Shown: piece by piece, positions 35,559 to 46,635 of the stretch
Numbering within the stretch: the stretch's first letter is position 1
How the letters are laid out: each line of letters starts with the position of its first letter
NCBI GenBank assembly: GCA_965240325.2
Contig: OZ251229.1
Span: 1,178,001-1,242,000 of the forward strand
DNA length: 64,000 bases
Direction: 5' to 3'
DNA from: Rebecca billardiae RCC1528
Lineage: Eukaryota > Protista > Haptophyta
Notes under the pieces: generated by a model
The model's database searches: none
What the model was told of the DNA's origin: nothing
Seen by the model: the letters and a program-made list of their open reading frames with translations, nothing else
Made by a program: the position numbers and the translations under genes

Positions 35559-37523
35559 TAGAGAGTGAGTTGCAGCCGCCGCTGCACGCCGGCAGCGGCA
35601 GCTTCACGACCACCTTCAGACGTTCGCTTGGTTCGTATACCGGTAGCGGTGCGGACAGCGCTACAGCCTGCGTTGACAACTGCGCAGGGCACGCATCAAG
35701 CGCGCGCCCCTACTGTCTACTGAGCCTCGGACCCATTCTATGATTTAACGACACAGGTAGGACGACGCGGGTCTCCTGATTCGTCGGCGGCAGTGCCCGA
35801 TCGTCGACACGAAGTCGGCGTTGGTGGCAGAGCATAGCCTGCACCGCGATCGGATTGCTTGAGCGCGGCCTTGAGCTGCTGGAGCGCGATCCACCTGCGC
35901 TGCGCGGCTCGCATGGCCCTGCTGTGCCCCGAGCGAGGGCGATGGTGCAGGTCCGGATGTCAGCTGGCAGTCTCAGCCGCTGGTAGCAGCTGGTCGTACC
36001 TGCCCCGTGCTCCCCGGGCGGTCGCGTACGCGCTTGCCGCTCGAGCCAGCTGGCTGGCTGGCGGCGGCTGGCGCTGCGGCGTCGTCCAGGGTGCGCTTCG
36101 TCCGCTGCTGCGGCAGCTCCTCGTCGTCCAAGTCGTCGCCCGGGGGCGAGTCTCGGTCCTCGTGGAGCGGGGCAGCAGGGACTGGCGTGGGTGCAGCGGT
36201 CGGTGCCAGGCGCGCCGCCTTGCGCGCCTGGCGTTCCTTGACGGCGCGGCGCGTCGAGGAGCGACGGCTCGATCGTGTAAGGCTGGTGGACGGCCGTAAA
36301 TAAACAGCTGCAGGCGAGGCCCGGGGCGCAGATCCAGTAGAGCAGCACTGATCTGCGCACCGCCGTCGAGAGTTGCAGCAGCAGGGGCAGGCAGCCAGGT
36401 GACAACCGCGCAGGGCACGGCACGCATCAAGCGCGTGCTCCCACTGGCCTCGGGCTGTAGGGCTGGTGGACGGCCGTAAACACTTGCAGGCGACGCCCGG
36501 TGCGCAGATCCAGTCGAGCAACACTGATCTGCGCGCCGCCGCCGAGAGTTGCAGCAGCAGGGGCAGGCAGCCAGGTGCCAGCCGCGCAGGGCACGGCACG
36601 CATCAAAACAGTTACAGGCGAGGCCCGGTGCGCAGATCCAGTCGAGCAACGCCGTCGCAACACGGACCGGCGCGCCACTCCGTCCGGAGGAGAGATGTAG
36701 AGAGTTGCAACCGCCGGGGCAGGTGACAACCGCGCAGGACACGCGTCAAGCGTGCGCCTCCTGAGCACCGGGCATGAGAGCGGCCGTTATCAGTTGCAGG
36801 CGACGCCCGTCGTGCGGATCACTCGATCACTCGTCGAGCCGTCGGATCAATCGTCGAGCGTTACAGATCGGTCATCGGCCGCACGGTCGCGAGGTGCAGG
36901 CGAGGTGCAGGTGGAGGGCGGCCGTCGACAGTTGCAGGCGACAGGGCGTGAGCATCCTGCTCACACATCACCCCGACGGTCCACACCCTCGGTCGCAGCC
37001 CCGCGGCGCCCGCGGTGGCATCTCGACCTCCCGTCACGGCGGTCAGCCTGGCCCGAGCGGGCCCCTCTTGACGAGCGAGTACTGGTATCATCGCGGTTGC
37101 TGAGGAGCCGCCTAACTTGAGTCGCGACGACTGTAATCGATCGACGGACCCTGATTGGCCCTCCATGTTTCGTCGAGAAGAATTTTCCTTCGGACGAACG
37201 GCAACTCGAGCGGACAACATAATACATCGCGCAGCCATCACTCGACAAAAGCGTACTCCGAATCTTTTCTTTCGAGGCCACTACGTGCGAGGACTGTCCC
37301 AACTGCAGGCACAGTGGGTAAAACTCGTCGAAACGATTGTTTGGCAAGTAAAACCCGGCGAACCGATGGTTTTTCGGAGTAACATCCGTCGAACCGTTGG
37401 TTTAGCGAGTAAAAACAGCCGAACCGATGGTTTTTCATAGAGAAAACTCCGAATTGTGGGCATTTTCGTAACTAACCCGACATCTGTGCCGCGGATCCAC
37501 TTTACACGATTAAGTAGAGTAGA
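35559..37523 (-). mobile_element. Non-autonomous Helitron, copy 2
   Basis: Near-identical to 10994-12449 plus a 541-bp insertion; ends read G|TC...CTA|T. Confidence 0.9.
35734..36274 (-). mobile_element. Family X insertion (541 bp) inside Helitron copy 2
   Basis: Absent from copy 1 (empty site CCTCGGACC|GTGTAAGG at ~11161-11177); begins with the reverse complement of TTAAATCATAGAAT. Confidence 0.85.
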
Positions 37524-39603
37524 CGTCAAAGCTCGTGAGCATGATCGAGTATACGGAACGACAAACAACTCTTGTGAACGCCTCTCGACAAAGAGCTTGC
37601 TCATGGTGCCTTGAGGCTCCTCGATCAGCCAGGCCTTGCCCGTTCCAAAACGAGTGCATCCACCGTTCCAATAGGCAGCAGTTCTTGCCCCCATTAGTGC
37701 GGTGCATAGAGGCAGCAGTAGTGTGTGATGTAGGCGTGGATCAAGTGCTCGCCGTAAGTGGAGCTAGTAGGTGAGGCTCGAGCGAGAAGATGAGCACAGA
37801 TCACGACTAGAGATCACACAGCAGCGCCTTGAGATGGTTGTCCATGATCGCCTTCGTGCCGATGAGATTGACTCTCATCGTTGCCGTCTGCAGCACGTAC
37901 ACGGACGAATAGACGCCTGGTACGAGTACGCGAGGGCAGCATGAGCGCCATGATATCGTCGCCGCCAGGATGATCGCGTGGTCGAAGTAGATGCGGTCGT
38001 CAGGCGTGTGGTAGAATCGGCAGATAGAGTGGAGCATCGAATGAGATCGTGTCCGGGGCCGAGTGAAGATGAGTGACCAGGTAGAGGTAGTTGGCGCAGG
38101 GAGCTGCGACGCCAATAGAGACAGTAGAGACCGTAGTTAGGGCAGCAGATCAGATGTAGTTCGTGCGGATGTAGTTAGAGTGGATGTAGTTCGAGTAGTT
38201 AGTTCGGGTGGGTGTATCCGATGAGAAGTAGTCGCAGGTGCGTCGTCCGTTGCGGCAGCCGCCGTGATGCCGTAGTGGTCCTCAGCGGTGATCAGGCGCG
38301 TCGGAGTAGAGGCGGCAGCGGTAGCATCGGCAGCGGAAGCAGCAGCAGCGATAGAGGTGCACGATAAGAACTCGTCCAGGTTGGCAGCGCGGCGGCGGGC
38401 AGAGCAAGTACTGGTAGAGGCCCTGCAGTCGGTCACCGGCTGAGCTGGTACGATTAGTTGAGCGCGTTGGCGCATCGCCGGCGGATCGGCGGTCAGCGCG
38501 GTAGGAGGCTCATCGTGCTCGGGGATAGCGTCGAGGGTAGATAGAGCGGGTAGAACACGAGCGTGTAGAGAACGTACAGAACGAGCGGCTTCGCCGTTAG
38601 CACCGCTGCGTGTAGTCTTTGTGTCTTTAAATCATAGAATTAGTCTACTCTACTTAATCGTGTAAAGTGGATCCGCGGCACAGATGTCGGGTTAGTTACG
38701 AAAATGCCCACAATTTGAAGTTTTCCCTATGAAAAGTCAGCGGATCGACGCTTTTTACTCCGAAAGTCAGCGGATCGAGGGGTTTTACTCCGAAAGTCAG
38801 CGGATCGCCGGCTTTTACCCCGCGTACCCGCGGTTGGGACAGTCCTTGCACATATTCGCCGCGGCAGAAATACTGAATCGACGTAGGGTGCTGTACGCGT
38901 TGTCCTTTCCTGCTCGAGTTGCCGTTATTTAGGCCCCGCGCGGCCATGAGTATAATATTGTCATCACCTCGTTCGCCGGCGCAGTCATGTCTTCCAGCGC
39001 CTCGCGTTCGCGAGGCGTGCCCGAAACAGCTACACACTCACCGGTGCCCTGGGGCACCGGCGCAACCCGCATCCAACACTCCGCATATCGCAGACACGAC
39101 ATATCCACCCGCGCTTGCACACGCACGCCCCCCCCCCCCCCCGCCTGCTTGCTGACCATGCAAGGACTGGCCCGGTGCGGACGCCAAGCGCATGCTCATC
39201 GGTGAGTCATCCCGACACGACGGCGAACACCTGCGGTGTGCCTGTGCGGAGGCACTGGGGAGCGACACGCGGAGTGTGGGCCGCCCTCCTTCCTGAGCAG
39301 CGCCCGGCCCTCAGGTGGAGACCGCGCCCGTCCCGGCCTCCCCGCGGCGGCCGCGAGCCCCCCCCCCCCCCCCTTTTCCCCATCCTGCCCGTTTCGCGAC
39401 AAACCCCTCTCCCCCCGAAACGCACGACGGGCCGCCGTGGTCCGGGGGACCGGCGGGGCCACTCCGGACCTGGGTTTTGAAATTTGATTTCAACCCCGCG
39501 CGCCGAAATGCCTTTGGCACCAGCACCGACCTCGCTCGCACCGCAGTGCTTCCGCACCCGCCCCCCGGCCCTCCGCAGCCCCGCGCCCGCCACACTGGCC
39601 ACC

Positions 39604-40707
39604 ATGCCCCCTTACCAGCACGGCTTTTTCCGCGACCGTCTCAACAGCAGGAGCGCCTTGACCTTCTTCCCCTCTTCCAACAACTTCGAGCGCGGGCTGC
39701 AGGTGGAACGGCCGAGCACCCCCACCGCCAGGCGGGATGCGGGCCAGCAGATGTGCACGACGGTGATCAAGCTGAGCGCGCGCTGCCTGAGCGACGTGGC
39801 GCCCAACTCGCAAGGCGGGCGACTGCTCGCAGGACTCACCCAGGACCCCAAAGGCAATAAGCACGTTTTCTCCTTCACCGGCTCGGTGCTCGAGAACATG
39901 ACCATCTGCCGCCGCCTGGCCACCAGCCTGTGCATGCCGAACATTCTCACGGCGTGCACCACGGAGCTCACGCAGGAGATGCTCGCGCTGTCGGCGGCCG
40001 ACCTCGCAACCCAGGCGAAGGACGTGTCCCTCACGCTCCCGGTTAGCCCCACGATGACGCTCGTGCAGTTTCACAGGGCCCTCTACGAGCAGATCGTGCC
40101 CGACATCAACAAGTACGTGACCAACGGTGAGCACGTCGAGACCAACATCTACTCCGGCGGTGTGAACCTGATCTTCCTCCGCCTGCGTTTCATGCCCATC
40201 GACCCCGAGCACCCCATCTTCTTCGCGCCGCTCAAGCCGAGCCGCCGCATCGCCGGCGCCGCCCGCGTCCCACACAACCTGTGGGGCGTGCCGCCCGCGC
40301 CGCCTGTGCCGCCCGCGCCGCCCGCCGCTGCGCGCCGCCCTGCTCCTCAGCCGGCCGACCAACAGGCGGCGGACCCCGCCGGCCCGGAGGCGGAGGAGCC
40401 CGAGGGGGAGGGTTCGGACGATGCCATCCCGCCACCCCAGCCGCCAACCGCGGCCGCGCCGTCGGACGGGCCCGAGGTGCAACAGGCCAGGCCGGCGCTC
40501 GGGGAGTCCAACTACCGCCTGGTCCTGCCCCCCGGCGCCGCGGCAGCCGGCAAGCGCGCGGCGACCGAGCCGTCCACGCCGGCGGAGGAGGATGGGCCCT
40601 CCTCCGCTGGCGGGAGCGACGCCAAGCCGGCCAAGCAGGCTCGCACCGCGTCCCTCGGCGACCCCCCCCGTGACCTGGCTGCCGCCGTGCCGCAGTCGCT
40701 GGCGTAG
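39604..40707 (+). CDS. Hypothetical 367-aa protein carried by the family X / Helitron insert
   Basis: ATG at 39604, strong GC3 bias, globular-looking N-terminal ~215 aa and Pro/Ala/acidic tail; no recognised domain. Confidence 0.65.
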   Translation: MPPYQHGFFRDRLNSRSALTFFPSSNNFERGLQVERPSTPTARRDAGQQMCTTVIKLSARCLSDVAPNSQGGRLLAGLTQDPKGNKHVFSFTGSVLENMTICRRLATSLCMPNILTACTTELTQEMLALSAADLATQAKDVSLTLPVSPTMTLVQFHRALYEQIVPDINKYVTNGEHVETNIYSGGVNLIFLRLRFMPIDPEHPIFFAPLKPSRRIAGAARVPHNLWGVPPAPPVPPAPPAAARRPAPQPADQQAADPAGPEAEEPEGEGSDDAIPPPQPPTAAAPSDGPEVQQARPALGESNYRLVLPPGAAAAGKRAATEPSTPAEEDGPSSAGGSDAKPAKQARTASLGDPPRDLAAAVPQSLA

Positions 40708-40770
40708 AGCCGCGCGCGGCGCTGGCGCGCCAGACGCGCCCGGTTGGGCAGCGCAGGCACCCTCAGCGGC

Positions 40771-40887
40771 CAGGACGACGACTTCCTCAACGGCAAGGGC
40801 GACGACTTCCTCTGCGGCCAGGGCGACGACTTCCTCAACGGCAAGGACGACGACTTCCTCAACGGCAAGGGCGACTACTCCCTCAAC
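40771..40887 (+). repeat. 24-bp minisatellite (~5 units)
   Basis: G(A/G)CGACGACTTCCTCAACGGCAAG-type units. Confidence 0.85.
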
Positions 40888-43861
40888 TCGGCAAGGCCGC
40901 TAGGCCGCGCACACCGGCCCGGGCGACCACATCCACTACCTGCACTACTGCATCAACTTGAACAGCCTCGGACGACGACGACGCGGGCAACTACATGATG
41001 ACCAAGGCCGACGACGACTGCAAAACAGCGGCATCCCCGGGCGCCCACTACCTCAGTGACCGTGTGATCAGCATCGGTTATTACGACGACTCCCTCACCC
41101 GCGGCCAACGCGCTCCGACATCCTCCATTAACTCCATTCAGTACAATCAGTACTTCGACAGACGAATCAGGAGAGCTGCGCCCTCGTGCCTGTGTCTTTA
41201 AATCATAGAATTAATCAATCAGGGTCCGTCGATCGATTACTTACATCGACGCGACTCAAGTGAGTGAATGCACAGGAGGGGCACACCCGCGGGCCAGGCT
41301 GACGGTCGAGGTGCCACCGCGGGCACCGCGGGGCTGCGACGGAGGGTGTGGACCGTCGGGGTAGTGTGTGAGCAGGATGCTCATCACGTCCTGCCGCCTG
41401 CAACTGTCGACGACGTCCGTCCTCCACCTGCACCTCGCGACGGTGCGGCCGGCCACCGATCTTTCTGTAACGCTCGACGAGTCAGATCCGCACGACGGGC
41501 GTCGCCTGCAACTGATCACAGCCGCCATCCTGCCCGGGGCTCAGGAGGCGCGCGCTTGGTGCGTGTTCTGTGCGGTTCACCTAGCTACCTGCCCCGGCGG
41601 TTGCAACTCTCTACATCTCTCGACGGTGGCGCGCCAGTCCGCGTTGCTACGTCGACTGGATCTGCGCCACCAGGCGTTGCCTGCGCAGCTATTTACGGCC
41701 GTCCACCAGCCCTACCGAGTCCGAGGCTCGATAGGTGCGCACGCTTGCTGCATGCCGTGCCCTGCGCGGTTGTCACCTGGCTGCCCGCGCCCCTGCTGCC
41801 GCAACTCTCGACGGCGGTGCGCCGATCAGTCAGTTGCTCCGGACTGGATCTGCGCACCGGGCCGTCGCCTGCAACTGTTCACGGCCGTCCACCAGCCTCC
41901 AGTCCGAGGCCCAGTGGGAGCACGCGCTTGATGCGTGCCCTGTGCGGTTGTCACCTGGCTGCCTGCCCCTGCTGCTGCAAGTCTCGACGGCGGCGCGCCG
42001 ATCAGTGTTGCTCGACTGGATCTGCGCACCGGGCCGTCGTCTGCAACTGTTCACGGCCGTCCACCAGCCTCCAGTCCGAGGCCCAGTGGGAGCACGCGCG
42101 TGATGCGTGCCCTGTGCGGTTGTCACCTGGCTGCCTGCCCCTGCTGCTGCAAGTCTCGACGGCGGCGCGCCGATCAGTGTTGCTCAACTGGATCTGCGCA
42201 CCCGGGGCGTCGCCTGCAGCTGTTCGCGGCACCTTGCACGGCCGTCCGCCAATGGTCCTACTACAATCAGAGCGGTTCAGTGACTCACTGTAGTGACAGC
42301 CCGGGCGCGCGCTTGATGCGTGCCCTGCGCAGTTGTCAGTTGTCACCGCACCGCACGGGCAGGCTGCCACCGGCCCCGCCCCGCAGCGTCAGTGAGCCCG
42401 TCAGCAGCACCGTAGCGGGACCGTGGCACCGCAGCTCCGCCTCATCGGACGACCAGCGGCTTATCTCCTAAACCCCTGGACGGGTAAAACAGGCTGCCAG
42501 CTAACCATCAATCTGAGCAGTTCATTTAAGAAGTCCTCAGGGCTGGCACGTGCGCACGGCGGCGTCGTCTGCATCAGCGAGTGCCGAGTCTGCAGCGCGC
42601 TGTCCGCACCCGGCTATCAACGTCTGAAGGTGATGGTCGTGATTCGACTGATTCGTGAAGCTGCCGCCGGCGTGCAGCGGCGGCTGCAACTCACTCTCTA
42701 GTTTGAAAGAAATGGCCGTCCGCCACGCGGGCAGCTTCGCTCTGGTCGTGCGCGTGCGCGTAGGCGAGGGCTGTGCGACGGCGCGTCAGGTGGGCTGGTC
42801 TGGTAGTACCTCAGAAACCCTTCCGGCGCTCATGTCTCGGCTTCCCGGCGTCTTTTGCGCCCATGCTCACTAGCCGAGCGGGTGCGTTTCAACAACAGGC
42901 CGGCAGGCGCCTACGCCACCGCTTCATCGCACAGAGTACGCTGCAGGAGCCAGGCGCGCGCTGTCTGGAGAGAGGGCCAGTGTATATGTTTCCAATGAGC
43001 GCGCGCTCAAGGCGCCATTCAAGCGCGTGTCGCGGGCAGAAGCGGACTCAGTAGGCAATGCTTGGCTTTGGCGACCGAGTTGCAGTCGAGCCGCGCTAGC
43101 AGGCGGAGGAGGGCCCAAGGCGGCACATGTCTGCCGCGCCGAAGGTCGCTTACAAGTGCCATCCGACGCTGCTGCCGGCAGCGCTGCGCCCTCGGCTCGC
43201 TGCCATCCGACGCTGCTGCGCCCGCGCCCAGCTTGGGCAGCAGCGGCTGCGCTCGACTCCGCGCCGAGTGCGGCGGCAGCAGCAGGGATGGTGCCACGGC
43301 GGGCGGCGTGGGTCGCTGGAGCTGAAAGCTCGGCGGTGTGCGCCCGAGGGGCCTGGGCGGTGGGTGCATTGAGCGCGCTGACACCTCTCGCCTCGCCCGG
43401 CGCGCTCGAGCCGCTGCCATCCGATGCTGCCGCGCCCGCGCCCTGTCGCGCCGAGTGCGGCTGCAGCATCAGGGATGGCGCCACGGCGGGCGGGCGGCGG
43501 TGCATGCAGCTAGCAGCTCGGTGCTGCACGCGCGAGGGGCCTGGGCGGCAGACGCGCGCAATGCAGTGACGCTGATGCACGCGTCAGGCGCGCTGGCCAG
43601 CCCCCGGAGCTGTTGCTACGACACTTCTTCTGTCCTGCTGCGAGCCGAGCCGCCAGCAGGTTCCCGGGGGCGGGCAATGCCGGTCAGCTCATATTCATAA
43701 GGCCGGCGGCGCAGACCAGTCGTAGCCCGGCAGGTAGGCGATGCAGAAGTTATCAGCAGCATCATGCATCGTCATCACTACATATCTGCCTAGACGAGCC
43801 GGGAGCGCTGCCGGAGAGCTTCCTCCTTCCTCCCTCTCTCTCTCTCTCCCTCCTCCCTTCT

Positions 43862-44002
43862 AAAACTCCCCCCCCCCCCCCCCCCCCCCCCCGCCAGCCC
43901 CGCCCCCCTTCTCCACTTTTCACGTGTCATCCCTACGCGGGGGCCATGCTAATCTTCTCTGTATCGTTCCAGGTTTGAAAGGTGGTAGGCCGAAGCCAAA
44001 CC
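43862..44002 (-). ncRNA. U6: U6 spliceosomal snRNA gene (core 43907-44002, G-rich extension to TTTT)
   Basis: Minus strand GGTTTGGC-TTCG-GCCTACC 5' stem-loop, then TGGAACGATACAGAGAAGATTAGCATGGCCCCCGCGTAGGGATGACACG (ACAGAGA box, AGC triad, ISL); TTTT at 43865-43862. Confidence 0.93.
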
Positions 44003-44025
44003 GGCCCTACGTGACGCCCTGGTGC

Positions 44026-44031
44026 TATATA
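44026..44031 (-). promoter_or_regulatory. TATA box of the U6 gene (Pol III type-3 promoter)
   Basis: TATATA at -29 to -24 from the predicted +1 G, within otherwise very GC-rich DNA. Confidence 0.7.
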
Positions 44032-45638
44032 CTGTCACGCTGCCCACTTTTGGCCCCATTGTGGGCCTCCGGGGCGCGCCTGTCGGGCGGCGCTTCCCCT
44101 AGGAGGGGGGGGCGAGTCGCCACCCACCGACGCGCGGGCCGCCCGTCGGTGGGTGGCGATCGTCCGTCGCGCGCGGCGTCGCGCGCCTCCGCGCCGCCGC
44201 CGATCGCGCCGCGCGCGGCGCCGCCGCTGATCACATCAGTCCCCGCCGGCGCGCGTTGCCCGGGTCAGCTGGGAGCGGCCGCGCCGCGCCCGTCACGCTC
44301 GGCGAGCTCGGGCGGCTCCCGGCCCGCGCTCCCGCAGCGCCCTCCTCCATGGGCGCCCGGCGGCGCCCGCGCGCGCGCGCGCGCCTCGCGCCGCCAACGC
44401 AAACCCTAACGCGCGGGCGGAGGGCTTGGCCGCCCGCGCGTGATGCGGGCGGGTCCGCCATCGCTCGGGCGCCCGCTTGGAGTCCGGTCCGGGGCAACCT
44501 CTCATGACAGGGCTGCCCCGCCGTTGCCGGTCCGGCATGCCGCGCAGGCCCGAGCGCGCCGGCTCCACGCGCACCGCCCACTTGTGCGACGACGGTCGCC
44601 AGGTGCATGTCCGGAGGGGTGTGGTGCGGTGGTACTTGTCGCCCGCCCAATCACGAGCCCAGCTCTGACCGTCTCCGACCTGAGGCGCTCGTGCGCGAGC
44701 ACCGCAAGCCCGATCTCGCACCGTCCCCATGTGCCCTGCTCGCACGCGCGTCGGCCCTGCCCGGGCGGTGCGTGAACGTGCTCTCGCCAGTGCGGCCGCT
44801 CATCTCGTCAGCGCTGCTGCGGCCGATGGCCTGCATGGGCGCGCGCTGTTCCGCTGGGCGCCTACTCCACACCCCGGTACGAGTGCTCGCGCGCAGCTAG
44901 CCAGCGCTGAGTGAACCTAGGCGGTCTCTCAGGAGACGATCGAGCGCCCGGCGTGCACGGCGAGTTGTGTGCGCGCGCGCGCGCCATGGAGCACTCGCAG
45001 TGCTATGGCCAGACGACGGCGCAGGACCGGTGCGCGAATCGTCCGATCTGATGATCACCGCGGCTACTCATGATCCGCGCCGGCGGCGTCGGATAGTTTA
45101 TCCGTCGGCTGCCGTCAGTCTCGATGATGACGATGGTGCACACGATCCGAATAAGCGGGCGCGGCGTCGGTGGCACCGATCAGCCTCTGACTCGGCAGTC
45201 TCACGGCTGACTCGCCATAGCCCAGGCTTCGCTCTAGTGGGTGTCCGCCGCGATCCGTGGCACTACGCGCCACGACGACCGCCAATACAGGCTTAGCAGC
45301 AGCAGCGGTCGCAGCCACTCGTAAGCGCAGCATTGGCAGCTCCAAGATCATCCGCGCAGGCCTGGCATCACGCACATCCGCTGTCAGCCACTGCGCACCA
45401 CGGCTTTGTGGTGGCGCTTCGCGCGGCCCGCAGGCAGACGTGAGGCTGTCAGACTGGGCATCACCAGTCCTCGGTGACATCTCACCCGGCACTCCGGGCA
45501 GGGAGTTTGGGGCTGCCTGACCCACCAGTGCGCCTGCCCCGCTTCGGGGCCGTCCTTTGCCCCGCCCGGTCGCTTCCGGTGGACCTATCGCCCACACGCG
45601 CGTCTAGGGAGCACCCACGCTTCCTCGTCAGTCGAACG

Positions 45639-46635
45639 TGGTATATCAGAGTCGGCAACGAGGCGCGCTCGTTACCGGGTGATCCGACCTCGCTGGCGCA
45701 AGGAGGGCGAGCTCGGCCGACGGTTCACATCCGAGTCGGATGGTCCAAGGCAGGCTAGCCCAAACCGCGGCAGCCTTCAGGGAGGAGGTGTTGACGCACC
45801 GCGTTCCGACGACATTCGCGTCGCCATCGTGCGCCGAGTCGCACGCCCTGCTCGGATGCAGGCGGAGTCTCGACACCACGTCGATTGACTTTTCGAATGC
45901 AGCCCTCGACCGCCCAGATGGCGCAGCAGCTGGCAAGGAGGAGATGGGGTCACCGACCGCGTTCACTAGGCGACGGCGGATACGATCACGTCGATCGACA
46001 CCGCGCGCCGCTCGATCGTCTCCGCGCTCGCTCTGTGCGGCTTCTTCGTGACGCGGTTGACGCGGTGATGGAGGCCGAGCAGGACCGAGAGGGCGGTGAG
46101 GTTGAGCCGATGGGGCTGGGCGCGCCGCGGCACGCGGCACGGGGAATCGACGGTGAGCTCTCAACTCCCAGGAGAGGCAGGACGGGCTCGACGAGTTTTG
46201 CATCCTCAGCAACGTCACCTCGGCGCCGCACACGCCGCAGCGGAACCCGATCGCCGAGCGCGCAAGTGGGGCGCGCGCGCGACGCTCCTGCAGTCGGGCG
46301 TCGCGCGCGCAAGTACGGGCCGGAGGCGATGCTCGCGGCGGCGTACCACCGCAACCACCTCGCCAAGCGCGACGGCAAGGCGCCCGTCGACGACAAGTTC
46401 TACGGCTGCACGCCCGACATCGCGCACCTCCGCCCCTTTTGGCTGCAAGGCGATCGTGTACGACCACTCCGCGGTCGGCCCCGGCGGCTACAAGCTCGAG
46501 TCGCGCGGCACCACCGGCTGGCACGCGGGCTACGCGCGCGACGGCGGCGTCCATAGCGGCAACACGACGCGGAAGATCTTCGGCTGCACGATCTACACCC
46601 CCTCCTCCAAGGAGATTGTGACCTCTCGGCACGCT
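45639..46635 (+). mobile_element. Copia-type LTR retrotransposon remnant (PBS to integrase C-terminus)
   Basis: PBS-like TGGTATATCAGAG (tRNA-iMet type TGGTATCAGAG with an extra TA); frameshifted PQRNPIAER...EAMLAAAYHRN...PDIAHLRPFGCKA...KLESRG...GY...IVTSRH. Confidence 0.8.

Larger units (their letters stand above)
34945..38610 (-). mobile_element. Degenerate copia-like LTR retrotransposon, interrupted by Helitron copy 2
   Basis: Minus-strand polypurine tract GGGGGGGAG directly before TGTTGTGG (LTR ~35328-34945); reading frame GCTRF...LFVV...MGHVNPRLL resembles the protease/GAG-pre-integrase region once the Helitron is removed; 5' LTR not seen. Confidence 0.55.
38644..42701 (+). mobile_element. 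Helitron copy 3 (diverged subfamily) carrying a 2.3-kb ORF-bearing insert
   Basis: First ~72 bp (TCTACTCTACTTAATCG...) identical to copies 1 and 2; 30-bp subterminal repeats at 38731-38820; ~170-bp internal repeats; hairpin 42673-42688 and CTAG|T at 42698-42702. Confidence 0.88.

Noticed and set aside
44401-44409. Telomere-like AAACCCTAA (also similar motifs near 12575 and 42468)
   Set aside because: Single isolated motifs, not arrays; could be chance
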